Notes under the pieces: generated by a model
What the model saw: only the letters and a program-made list of their open reading frames with translations
The model's database searches: none
Told to the model about the DNA's origin: nothing
Assembly (NCBI GenBank): GCA_030613505.1
Contig: JAUWLW010000003.1
Coordinates: 41,387-105,386 of the forward strand
From: Candidatus Zixiibacteriota bacterium
GTDB lineage: Bacteria; RBG-13-66-14; B26-G2; WVWN01
Length of the DNA: 64,000 nucleotides
Direction: 5' to 3'
Position numbers and translations under genes: made by a program
In this document: positions 25,449-34,119 of the stretch, in pieces
Layout: each line of letters starts with the position of its first letter
How positions within the stretch are numbered: the first letter of the stretch is position 1

Positions 25449-26228
25449 TTGGGAAAAACGGTCAATTTATTGACCGGTATTGTTGCCGGCCTAAACGTCA
25501 TCTTACCATCCGTCGTCGCCGGCGGAACCGCCGTCGAAGGACTTACGGCGGAAAAAGCGGGAATACCCGAGCGAGATTTCATATCTCCCGAAACCGCAAA
25601 AAAATTAGCAGCCCCGCTTCGGGACCCTTTGGCGGGTGATTACGTCGTTGAGAACACGATAGTATTCCCTTGGTTAATAGAAGATTGGAACGTCTACGAG
25701 CCCGATATAAAAATGGGTTTTTACGAGATAACCGTCTACAGCGGTAAAACTCGATACTCCACGCACGCTGCCTTAAACGCCAAGGTAGAAGAATATCTTC
25801 GTTCGGTTAAGCCGCTCATTTACATCCGCAGCGGCGAGTGGTACGTGGAACCTCGGGAGTTACTATCTAGAGAAGCGTTAACCCGTGAATTATTCGGATA
25901 CTCCGACGTAATTACTTACTGGATCCCGGTTAATAAAAAATACGGCCGAAAAAGGTCGTCGTGGTCTGATAGCGCTATCGGTTGGAATACGCTGATGTTA
26001 CATATATGTAGTACCGTAGCCTCGAAGGTCGCCCCTAGTCATAACCCGGTTTATGAAAAGACGATTAAATTTTCCGGTTTAAACGAATTCACGATTTTTA
26101 GAATTAATAGTGAGGAGATTTTCATACAGACCGGGGATATACACAACCGGCACCGTATATTTACCAGTAAAGCGGATTTCGACGAATATTTACTGGCGAA
26201 CGTCGAAACGATCAAGGTTAAAGAATGA
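25449..26228 (+). CDS. Hypothetical protein in an AT-rich islet
   Basis: 259-aa ORF (TTG start in the track) with a hydrophobic N-terminus LLTGIVAGLNVILPSVVAGG. Hand-counted G+C is 18/60 at 26041-26100 and 24/60 at 25681-25740. No family recognised. Confidence 0.45.
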   Translation: MGKTVNLLTGIVAGLNVILPSVVAGGTAVEGLTAEKAGIPERDFISPETAKKLAAPLRDPLAGDYVVENTIVFPWLIEDWNVYEPDIKMGFYEITVYSGKTRYSTHAALNAKVEEYLRSVKPLIYIRSGEWYVEPRELLSREALTRELFGYSDVITYWIPVNKKYGRKRSSWSDSAIGWNTLMLHICSTVASKVAPSHNPVYEKTIKFSGLNEFTIFRINSEEIFIQTGDIHNRHRIFTSKADFDEYLLANVETIKVKE

Positions 26229-26252
26229 ACCCACAAAGGCCAAATATATAAG

Positions 26253-27524
26253 ATGAAAAAATCGTTCGAGCTCTTCGTCGCGCGCCGATACCTCACCGCC
26301 AAGGGGAAGGACACCTTCCTCTCCGTCATCACGCTAATCTCCATAGGCGGCGTTGTCGTGGGCGTGATGGCGCTCGTCGTCGTCATCAGCGTGATGAACG
26401 GCTTCGAGATCGACCTCCGCGAGAAGATCCTCGGGACCACCGCCCATATCACGGTTCTCCACGTGGGCCGCGAGGGCGTTACGGACTACCCCGCGTTGGA
26501 AGCCGAAATCGACCGAGTGGAGGGCGTCGAGGCCGTAGCGCCCTTCGTCTTCGTCGAGGGCATCCTCTCGTCGAAGCGCGACTCCATCGGCGCCGTCATC
26601 CGCGGCGTCGACATGGCGAGCCACCGCGAAATCTCCACCATCGAGGACAAAATCGTCGAGGGAACGATGGACTTCGACGTCGCCAAGAAGTCGCCTCTCG
26701 AGGCCAAGCTGGGCGGCTACGTCCCTCCCGAAGACGGCATCGTCCTCGGCGTCGAGCTCGCGCGCAACCTGGGCGTGGACCTCAACGATACCGTCACGCT
26801 CATCTCGCCCCAGGTCATCTGGAACCCGCTCGCGCCGGTCCCGCCCAAGATGAAGAACTTCCGCGTCGTCGGCATCTTCGACGTCGGCATGTACGAGTTC
26901 GATTCGTCGCTGGCATATATCGACCTCGAGACCGCCCAAGAATTCCTCGCCATACCGCACAAGGTTAACGGCCTGGAGGTCCGCGTCGCGGACGTCTTCG
27001 ACGCCCCCGCGGTCTCGGCCCGCATAAACGACGCCGTCGGCCTTCCCTACTTCGCTCGCGACTGGACCGTTACCCACGAGCAGCTGTGGACCATGTTGGC
27101 GCTGGAAAAGCACACCATGTTCGTCATCCTAACGCTCATCATTTTGGTAGCCGCGTTCAACATCCTCTCCACGCTCATCATGATCGTCATCGAGAAGACG
27201 GGCGAGATCGGCATATTGAAAGCGATGGGCGCCACTAACGGCGCCATCGTGCGCATCTTCTTACTAAACGGCCTCATTATCGGAACGGTGGGGACGGCGC
27301 TCGGCCTGGTCGCGGGCCTGGGCCTTTGCCGCGTACTTCAAAAGTACCAATTCGTCGAGTTGCCGGCGGAAGTATACGCGCTGCGGACGCTACCCGTTGT
27401 CGTTCAACCGCTGGACATACTAATTATCTGCGTCTTCGCGCTCGTCATCAGCGTGGCCGCGACGATATACCCGGCCTGGCGCGCGGCGCGCCTGGAGCCG
27501 GTAGAAGCGATCCAACATGAATAA
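26253..27524 (+). CDS. lolC: Lipoprotein-releasing ABC permease, LolC/LolE family (MacB-PCD plus FtsX)
   Basis: MKKSFELFVARRYL start, N-terminal TM, periplasmic domain and three C-terminal TMs ending YPAWRAARLEPVEAI. Followed by lolD with an 8-nt overlap. Confidence 0.85.
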   Translation: MKKSFELFVARRYLTAKGKDTFLSVITLISIGGVVVGVMALVVVISVMNGFEIDLREKILGTTAHITVLHVGREGVTDYPALEAEIDRVEGVEAVAPFVFVEGILSSKRDSIGAVIRGVDMASHREISTIEDKIVEGTMDFDVAKKSPLEAKLGGYVPPEDGIVLGVELARNLGVDLNDTVTLISPQVIWNPLAPVPPKMKNFRVVGIFDVGMYEFDSSLAYIDLETAQEFLAIPHKVNGLEVRVADVFDAPAVSARINDAVGLPYFARDWTVTHEQLWTMLALEKHTMFVILTLIILVAAFNILSTLIMIVIEKTGEIGILKAMGATNGAIVRIFLLNGLIIGTVGTALGLVAGLGLCRVLQKYQFVELPAEVYALRTLPVVVQPLDILIICVFALVISVAATIYPAWRAARLEPVEAIQHE

Positions 27525-28203
27525 CGTCGTCGAAGCCCGAGGTCTCCATAAATATTACCGGAGCGGCGACCAGACGCTCAACATCCTCGTCGGCCTGGAC
27601 CTCGACGTCGCCCCCGGCGAAGCGGTGGCCGTCGTCGGCGAATCGGGCGCCGGCAAGACGACGCTGCTCAACCTGCTGGGCGGTTTGGACAAGCCTACCG
27701 ACGGCCGCATCCTCGTGGACGGGACCGACATCTTCGGCCTAAAAGACGCGAGGCGGGCCCGCTTCCGCAACCGCCGCGTGGGTTACGTCTTCCAATTCCA
27801 CCACTTATTGCCCGAATTCACCGCGCTCGAAAACGTAATGATGCCGCTCTTGATAGCGCGGGTGGACGCCGCGGAGGCCGAGCAGCGTGCCCAAAAGTAC
27901 CTGGAGGCTGTAGGCATCCGCGAGCGCGAAACGCACCGCCCAGCCAAACTCTCGGGCGGCGAACGGCAACGGGTAGCCGTCGCCCGGGCGCTCACAGCGG
28001 AACCGGCCGTGGTACTAGCCGACGAACCGTCCGGCAACCTGGACGAGCGGACCGCGGAGAGCTTGCATGACCTCCTCTTCGATTTAAACGCACGGCTGGG
28101 GCAAACTTTCGTAATCGTTACGCACAACCGCGCGTTGGCCCGCCGGTGCGCCCGCACGTTATTATTGGAAGGCGGCGTCCTACACGATACCGAAACTCCT
28201 TAA
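27517..28203 (+). CDS. lolD: Lipoprotein-releasing system ATP-binding protein
   Basis: Walker A GESGAGKTT, signature LSGGERQR, Walker B VVLADEPSGNLD. Confidence 0.85.
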   Translation: MNNVVEARGLHKYYRSGDQTLNILVGLDLDVAPGEAVAVVGESGAGKTTLLNLLGGLDKPTDGRILVDGTDIFGLKDARRARFRNRRVGYVFQFHHLLPEFTALENVMMPLLIARVDAAEAEQRAQKYLEAVGIRERETHRPAKLSGGERQRVAVARALTAEPAVVLADEPSGNLDERTAESLHDLLFDLNARLGQTFVIVTHNRALARRCARTLLLEGGVLHDTETP

Positions 28204-28206
28204 AAC

Positions 28207-28235
28207 TTGCGGCGGTTTTCGAAAAATGGTATAAT
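28207..28235 (+). promoter_or_regulatory. Candidate promoter of clpC (extended -10)
   Basis: TTGCGG, 17-nt spacer, TGgTATAAT (TATAAT at 28230-28235). Confidence 0.45.
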
Positions 28236-28295
28236 TACGCCGTAAAAGGAAAAACGAATAACGAACTATTTCTTACGCTTTGACGCGATAAAATT

Positions 28296-30746
28296 ATGCT
28301 GGATAAATTTACGGCTCGGGCCCGAAAGGTAATCCTCATTGCGCGCGAGGAAGCGACGCGCCTCCATCACGACGCCGTCGGCACCGAGCACGTACTCCTG
28401 GGCCTTATTCGCGAAGGCGACGGCGGCGCCGCGACGGTGTTGCGTAAGTTCGGCCTTTCGCTCGAGATGGTCCGGCGCCAGGTAGAGAAGCTCGTGCCGC
28501 CCGGCGGCGGGATGCGGACCGTGGGCGACATCCCCTTCACCGCCCGCGCCAAGTCCGTCATAGGTCACGCTGTCGAGGAATCGGGTCTGCTCAGCCACAA
28601 CTACGTAGGGACCGAACACCTCTTGTTGGGAATAATCCGCGAAGCGGAGAGCGTCGCGGTCAAAGTCCTCACCCACCTCAACGTCGACCCCGACGACCTT
28701 CGCCTCGAGGTCATCTCGAGCCTGGGGACCGGCGAGAAGGCGACGCGGACTCGACGCCGCAAGTCAAAGACGCCCGTACTGGACGAGTTCGGCCGCAACC
28801 TCACCACGTTGGCGCGTGACGGCGAGCTCGACCCCGTGATCGGGCGCGAAGACGAAATCGAGCGCGTGGTGCAGATACTCAGCCGTCGCAAAAAGAACAA
28901 CCCGGTCCTCATCGGCGAACCGGGCGTCGGCAAAACGGCCATCGTTGAAGGTCTCGCCCAGCGCATCGTCGAGAACAACGTACCGGAGGCGTTGACCGGG
29001 AAGCGCTTGCTGACCCTCGACTTGGCGGCGGTCGTAGCGGGGACCAAATACCGCGGCCAGTTCGAGGAACGGTTGCGGATGATCGTCGAGGAGATACGTA
29101 AAGACGAGAACATCATCACCTTCATCGACGAACTCCACACCATCGTCGGCGCCGGCGCCGCGGAGGGGGCCATCGACGCGTCGAACATGCTCAAGCCGGC
29201 GTTGGCGCGCGGCGAGCTCCAGTGCATCGGCGCCACTACCCTCTCCGAATACCGCAAGCACGTCGAAAAAGACGGCGCGCTGGAGCGGCGGTTCCAAACC
29301 ATAATGGTGGACGCCCCCTCGGTCGAGGAGACCATTGAGATAATCCAAGGCCTTCGGGACCGGTACGAGGAACACCACCACGTCAAAATCAACGACGACG
29401 CCGTCGTCGCCGCGGCCCGGCTGGCCGATAGGTACATCTCGGATCGCTACCTCCCCGACAAGGCTATAGATGTCATCGACGAGGGCTGCGCGATGGTGCG
29501 GCTGCGCCATTCGACGTTGCCCCCCGACATCCGCGACCTGGAGGGCAAGACGGCCGAAATGCGGACCGAAAAAGAAGCGGCCATCGAGCGCCAGGAGTTC
29601 GAAACCGCCGCCCGCTACCGCGACCGAGAACGCGAGTACCGCCTCAAGGTCGAGGAGGCCAAGGAACGTTGGCGCGCCCTCACGGAACAGGAAGAGAACG
29701 TCCTCACGGTAGACGACGTCGCCTACATCGTATCCAAAACCACCGGCATACCGGTCGACCGGCTCGAGCGGGAGGAGTTCGAAAAACTGCTGCGGATGGA
29801 GGACGACCTCCACAAACGAGTCGTGGGCCAGGACGAGGCCATCGGCGTCGTGACGCGCGCCATAAGGCGCAGCCGCCTCGGCGTCAAAGACCTGAAAAGG
29901 CCCATAGGTTCATTCATCTACCTCGGGCCGACGGGCGTCGGCAAGACCGAGCTCGCCAAAGCGCTGGCCGAATTCCTATTCGAGGACGAGGACGCGATCA
30001 TTCGCGTCGACATGTCCGAATACATGGAGAAGCATAACGTCTCGCGGCTCGTGGGCGCGCCGCCCGGCTACGTCGGCTACGAGGAGGGCGGCCAGTTGAC
30101 CGAGCGCGTCCGCCGTAAACCATATTCCGTCATATTGCTCGACGAAATCGAGAAGGCTCATCCCGACGTATTCCACATACTTTTGCAAGTAATGGAGGAC
30201 GGCCGGCTGACCGACAACATAGGCCGCACCGTCGATTTCCGCAATACGGTCCTCATCATGACGTCGAACATCGGCGCGCGCCAGATCAAGGACGGCGGCG
30301 GCATAGGCTTCGGCGCCGCCCCCGGCGAGGCGACGTACGGGGAAATCAAAAAGACCGTAATGACCGAAGTCAAGAAGCTCTTCAACCCGGAATTCCTGAA
30401 CCGCGTCGACGAGGTCATCGTCTTCCACCCCCTCGAAAAACGGCACCTCCGCACTATCGTTACGCTCATGATAAACGAGCTAAAGCAACGACTCGAGGAA
30501 CACCTGCTCGAGCTCTACTTCACCGAAGACGCCAACGAGTTCTTAATGGAGAAAGGGTACGACCCGACTTTCGGCGCCCGGCCCCTCCGCCGAACGATTC
30601 AGAAATACGTGGAAGACCCGCTGGTCGAAAAGCTGCTCCGCGAGGACGTTAGCCCGGGTGACACCGTCGCCATAGACGTCAGCGCCGATAGCGACCAACT
30701 CTCCTTCGAAATCGTAAAAAGCCTTACGGGCGCCGAGCAAAGCTAG
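28296..30746 (+). CDS. clpC: ATP-dependent Clp protease ATP-binding subunit ClpC
   Basis: Two Clp_N repeats; Walker A GEPGVGKTAIVEGLA and GPTGVGKTELAKALA; UVR-like motif IERQEFETAARYRDRE between the AAA modules. Confidence 0.92.
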   Translation: MLDKFTARARKVILIAREEATRLHHDAVGTEHVLLGLIREGDGGAATVLRKFGLSLEMVRRQVEKLVPPGGGMRTVGDIPFTARAKSVIGHAVEESGLLSHNYVGTEHLLLGIIREAESVAVKVLTHLNVDPDDLRLEVISSLGTGEKATRTRRRKSKTPVLDEFGRNLTTLARDGELDPVIGREDEIERVVQILSRRKKNNPVLIGEPGVGKTAIVEGLAQRIVENNVPEALTGKRLLTLDLAAVVAGTKYRGQFEERLRMIVEEIRKDENIITFIDELHTIVGAGAAEGAIDASNMLKPALARGELQCIGATTLSEYRKHVEKDGALERRFQTIMVDAPSVEETIEIIQGLRDRYEEHHHVKINDDAVVAAARLADRYISDRYLPDKAIDVIDEGCAMVRLRHSTLPPDIRDLEGKTAEMRTEKEAAIERQEFETAARYRDREREYRLKVEEAKERWRALTEQEENVLTVDDVAYIVSKTTGIPVDRLEREEFEKLLRMEDDLHKRVVGQDEAIGVVTRAIRRSRLGVKDLKRPIGSFIYLGPTGVGKTELAKALAEFLFEDEDAIIRVDMSEYMEKHNVSRLVGAPPGYVGYEEGGQLTERVRRKPYSVILLDEIEKAHPDVFHILLQVMEDGRLTDNIGRTVDFRNTVLIMTSNIGARQIKDGGGIGFGAAPGEATYGEIKKTVMTEVKKLFNPEFLNRVDEVIVFHPLEKRHLRTIVTLMINELKQRLEEHLLELYFTEDANEFLMEKGYDPTFGARPLRRTIQKYVEDPLVEKLLREDVSPGDTVAIDVSADSDQLSFEIVKSLTGAEQS

Positions 30747-30877
30747 CAGCGCGCCGAGGTTTCGACCCGCGCCCCCCTCAAAACCGCGCCACGTCCGGAT
30801 ATCCCCCGCAGCATATCCGAAATATAATCCGGGGTATCCTCGGCTCGAGCCGTTATACCGTACCTATCGGAGGAATT

Positions 30878-31198
30878 ATGGCCGACGAGAAGAAGAAGAA
30901 ACCGGAACCGGAAAGACCTTTGGTGGAACCCGAAATGCCCGACGAGGTGGCGGACGGCGCGTACGCCAACGTCGCGCAGATAGTTTTTTCGCCGGCCGAA
31001 TTCGTCTTCGACTTCGGCCGCGCCGTACCGGGCCGGAAGGGCTTTAAAATCATAAGCCGCATAATCACGACGCCGTTGCACGCCAAACAATTTCTCCTGA
31101 CGCTATCCGAGAACGTCTCGCGCTTCGAGGACCAGTTCGGCGAAATCAAGATACCTCAGCGGCCCGAGCCGGCGGGGCCCGAAGGTTTCAGACAATAA
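30878..31198 (+). CDS. DUF3467-like small protein
   Basis: 106 aa. GAYANVAQIVFSPAEFVFDFG matches my recollection of the DUF3467 core. Confidence 0.55.
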   Translation: MADEKKKKPEPERPLVEPEMPDEVADGAYANVAQIVFSPAEFVFDFGRAVPGRKGFKIISRIITTPLHAKQFLLTLSENVSRFEDQFGEIKIPQRPEPAGPEGFRQ

Positions 31199-31200
31199 CG

Positions 31201-31717
31201 ATGGAGAAACGGCCCAACCTGTTCGTTCCCGGCAAAACGGAATACGTAAAAAAAAGGGCCGGCCTCCCCCCCCGGCCGGTGTATCCTATGCGACGTCGCG
31301 CGCGGCAAAGGCGACGTCGCAAACTTGGAGCTCGCGCGCGACAACGATTTCATAATCACGCTCAACCTCTACCCCTATAACCCGGGCCACGTAATGATTT
31401 TCCCGGCCCGGCACGTCGAGGACCCGCGGGAGCTCGACGCCGACGAGCACGCCCACCTCGCGCGGCTGCAAAACTTGTCCCTCGACGTTCTCTCGGCCGA
31501 ATATAATCCCGGCGGTTTCAACGTCGGCTGCAACGTCGGCGCGGCCGCCGGCGCTTCCATCGCCCACCTCCACCTCCACGTCGTCCCGCGCTACCCGCGC
31601 GAACTGGGCGTCGTGGACGTCCTATCGGGCGCGAAAATCGTGATCGAAGACCCGGTAGAAACGCAACGGCGCCTGCGCGCCGCGTTCGACGACGCCCTCG
31701 AAAAAAGCCGCGGCTGA
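31201..31717 (+). pseudogene. HIT-family hydrolase interrupted by a 1-nt frameshift at a homopolymer (or a sequencing error)
   Basis: ATG 31201 opens MEKRPNLFVPGKTEYVKKRAGLPP... in one frame. The HIT body is in the +1 frame: CILCDVARGKGD..., NLYPYNPGHVMIFP, histidine triad HLHLHVVP. The frames cross at runs A8 (31248-31255) and C8 (31266-31273). Confidence 0.7.
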
Positions 31718-31727
31718 GCCGCGGCTT
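31701..31727 (-). terminator. Rho-independent terminator for the PMT_2/TPR gene, overlapping the HIT stop codon
   Basis: Perfect 10-bp inverted repeat AAGCCGCGGC/GCCGCGGCTT with a 3-nt loop. On the minus strand it is followed by TTTTTT. Confidence 0.5.
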
Positions 31728-31747
31728 AACGTTAACGTCGTCGGCGC

Positions 31748-33877
31748 CTATTCCGAAGATATGCCGGCGTCGCGTTCGAAGGCCGGGTCGCGGGCGCCGC
31801 CCAGCGACAAATAATCCCGGTACGCGGCGCGGCCTCGCTCAACCTCCCCCAATTTCCCGTACGACGCCGCCAAAAAGCCGAAGAGTTCGGATGACGTTGG
31901 CTGAAGTCCAGCCTCTCGTTCGAAATATTTTAGCGCGGCTAAGTAGTCGTCGTTACGATAATAAACCCTCCCGATGATAAAGCCCGGGCCCGGCAGGTTG
32001 GGATTCGCTTCCACCGCCGCTTGCGCGTACGTCAACGCCTCCGCGACCCTCCCCATCTGTAATTGCAGCTCCGCATACCTATATAAGACAGACCCGTCGC
32101 CCGGCGACAACTCCACGACGCGACGATACGCCAATTCGGCCCGCCGATAATCGCCCAGGCCGATATATACCTCGGCCAGCTGCATCCACGCCGCCGCGTA
32201 ACTCGGCTCGAGTTCCACCGCCCGATAGAGCGACGGCAACGCCTGGCCAAGGTTGCCGCCGCGAACCAACGCAATCGCCAAATTATAATGCATCTCCGCC
32301 TTGTCGGGAGCGACGATCGTCCCGCGCCAAAAAATCTCCAAGGCCGTGTCGAGCTGCCCCAAGTTCTCGTAGGCCATACCCAGCATAGTAAACCCCTGGT
32401 ACATTTCCGGCGTAAGCTCGGTGGCCTTCTTAAGGTACGACACGGTTTCCTCATATTCGCCCTGGTCGAAATAAAATTTACCGTAACGGTAGTAGCTCTG
32501 GCCGAAAGCGCCGTCCCGGCGAATCCCGGGCGGAGGCCACATTACGCAAGCCCCCAAAACAACGGCGGCCGCCGTCAACGCCGCGGCCGAGCGCCACCGC
32601 CAACGTCGCCAAAGATCGTACCACAATACCAGCCCCGCGCCCGCGAAAGCTATGAGTATCGGAACCATCGGCAGCCGGTAGCGCGCCGAAACGAAGAAGA
32701 CCAAAACCGACAGCGCGTACATGACTACGAAGAGCACGCCCGCCGTCCGCGCGAAGGGCGATTTGCGCCACCCGGCCGCCAAACCTATTACGGCGAACGG
32801 GAACACGAACCCGAACCAGGGAATCTGCACCCGGTGGAACGGGGATATGAATTTTATAAAATAGAAATCTACGTTCAGGCTCACCTCGTAATCGTTGAAG
32901 AAGTACCGCATCTTCCGCCAGTACAATCCCGCCGCGTCCCCCGGGTGGTCCCGGAGCCACGCCAAGCCGTTCGACATCCACCACCGCGAAACCTCGGACG
33001 GCTTCATGTCGCGGCCCTCAAACTCCCGGGCGATTAGGGTCGCGAGGTTCTTGTTCAATTCCGCGGGCCTTCCCTGGTACACTTCGCCCAGGTTCCAGTA
33101 GACGCCGGTGGCGTTGGGCGAGTTGCCGAGGTAGAAGTTGAGCCCTCCCTGCGACGAGACCAAAGCGAAATCGCCGCCCACCACGCCGTTGCGCAGCGTC
33201 ACCGCCAACACTATGACCGCTATCGGCGCGAAGTAGCTGACGACGCGACGCCACCCCAACCGTTTGACGTAAACTAAAAACAACGGTACCGCCGCCGCGA
33301 CGAAGACCAGCAGGTTAGTACGGTCCAGCACCGCCAAACCCAACAGCGCCCCAGCGCCCGCGAAATTCCACCACCGACCCTCCACACCACGCGCTAACAG
33401 GTAAAACGAACCCGTTATCAAAAATATGTCCAGCGACACCGGAAGTACGAACGAGCTAAAAAATATCGCCGGCAGGTACAGCACCCATATAATACCGGCC
33501 ACCTTGGCCGCCCTCTCCCCTACTGCCCGCCGCGCGAACCCGTATATGAAAAGCGCCGACCCTATCTCCAGCGCGATATGTATGACCCGCACCACCGTCA
33601 ACTGCGGCCCGATGAGTCGGTAGATTATCCCCAAAAAGTACGCGTACAACGGCCCGATGAAGAAAACCTCGTCCCCACCCCACCAATCCCCCGACGCTAT
33701 ACCCTGCGCCCAGTTGTTGAAGAAAAACGCGTCCGGAATGTGACGGAGGTAGTCGAAGAACGGGTCGTGTACGACGCTGGCGAGGTACACGGCCCGCGTC
33801 GCCAACGTCGCCACGGCCAGCGCCAGCGGCCAACGGTTATCCATCATCCAATCCTTAAACCTTGAACTCACGCGCAA
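31748..33877 (-). CDS. PMT_2/ArnT-like (GT39/GT83-type) membrane glycosyltransferase fused to C-terminal TPR repeats
   Basis: ~450 aa of polytopic membrane domain, with an early DPFFDYLRHIPDAFFF loop. It is followed by about 6 TPR units (YYRYGKFYFDQGEYEETVSYLKKATEL and others). Confidence 0.8.
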   Translation of the reverse strand: MRVSSRFKDWMMDNRWPLALAVATLATRAVYLASVVHDPFFDYLRHIPDAFFFNNWAQGIASGDWWGGDEVFFIGPLYAYFLGIIYRLIGPQLTVVRVIHIALEIGSALFIYGFARRAVGERAAKVAGIIWVLYLPAIFFSSFVLPVSLDIFLITGSFYLLARGVEGRWWNFAGAGALLGLAVLDRTNLLVFVAAAVPLFLVYVKRLGWRRVVSYFAPIAVIVLAVTLRNGVVGGDFALVSSQGGLNFYLGNSPNATGVYWNLGEVYQGRPAELNKNLATLIAREFEGRDMKPSEVSRWWMSNGLAWLRDHPGDAAGLYWRKMRYFFNDYEVSLNVDFYFIKFISPFHRVQIPWFGFVFPFAVIGLAAGWRKSPFARTAGVLFVVMYALSVLVFFVSARYRLPMVPILIAFAGAGLVLWYDLWRRWRWRSAAALTAAAVVLGACVMWPPPGIRRDGAFGQSYYRYGKFYFDQGEYEETVSYLKKATELTPEMYQGFTMLGMAYENLGQLDTALEIFWRGTIVAPDKAEMHYNLAIALVRGGNLGQALPSLYRAVELEPSYAAAWMQLAEVYIGLGDYRRAELAYRRVVELSPGDGSVLYRYAELQLQMGRVAEALTYAQAAVEANPNLPGPGFIIGRVYYRNDDYLAALKYFEREAGLQPTSSELFGFLAASYGKLGEVERGRAAYRDYLSLGGARDPAFERDAGISSE

Positions 33878-33914
33878 TCTCCCGCAACGTTAAGCCCCCT
33901 CGGGCGGGGGCGGT

Positions 33915-33986
33915 TAGCGCTACGGGGATTCGAACCCCGGTCTGATGGCTGAGAACCACCTATCCTAACCCCTAGACGATAGCGCC
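33915..33986 (-). tRNA. tRNA-Glu (anticodon CUC)
   Basis: Hand-folded cloverleaf: acceptor GGCGCTA/TAGCGCT (G1-U71 wobble), D arm GTCT..AGGA, anticodon stem GGTGG/CCATC with loop TTCTCAG, T arm CGGGG-TTCGAAT-CCCCG, discriminator A. CCA is not encoded. Confidence 0.9.
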
Positions 33987-33995
33987 ACGATTACG

Positions 33996-34024
33996 TATAT
34001 AACTCAAACTAGGCCACGTGTCAA
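33996..34024 (-). promoter_or_regulatory. Candidate promoter of tRNA-Glu
   Basis: On the minus strand: TTGACA (34024..34019), 17-nt spacer, TATATA (34001..33996). The -10 element ends 9 nt before the tRNA 5' end. Confidence 0.5.
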
Positions 34025-34119
34025 GAGGGGATTAGGCTGGCACATAGAGAGCAATAACTAAGGTTTACGGGTAAGCTTTTTTCTGGTATAAATTATGTAT
34101 AGACAAAGACCGGCCAGCC

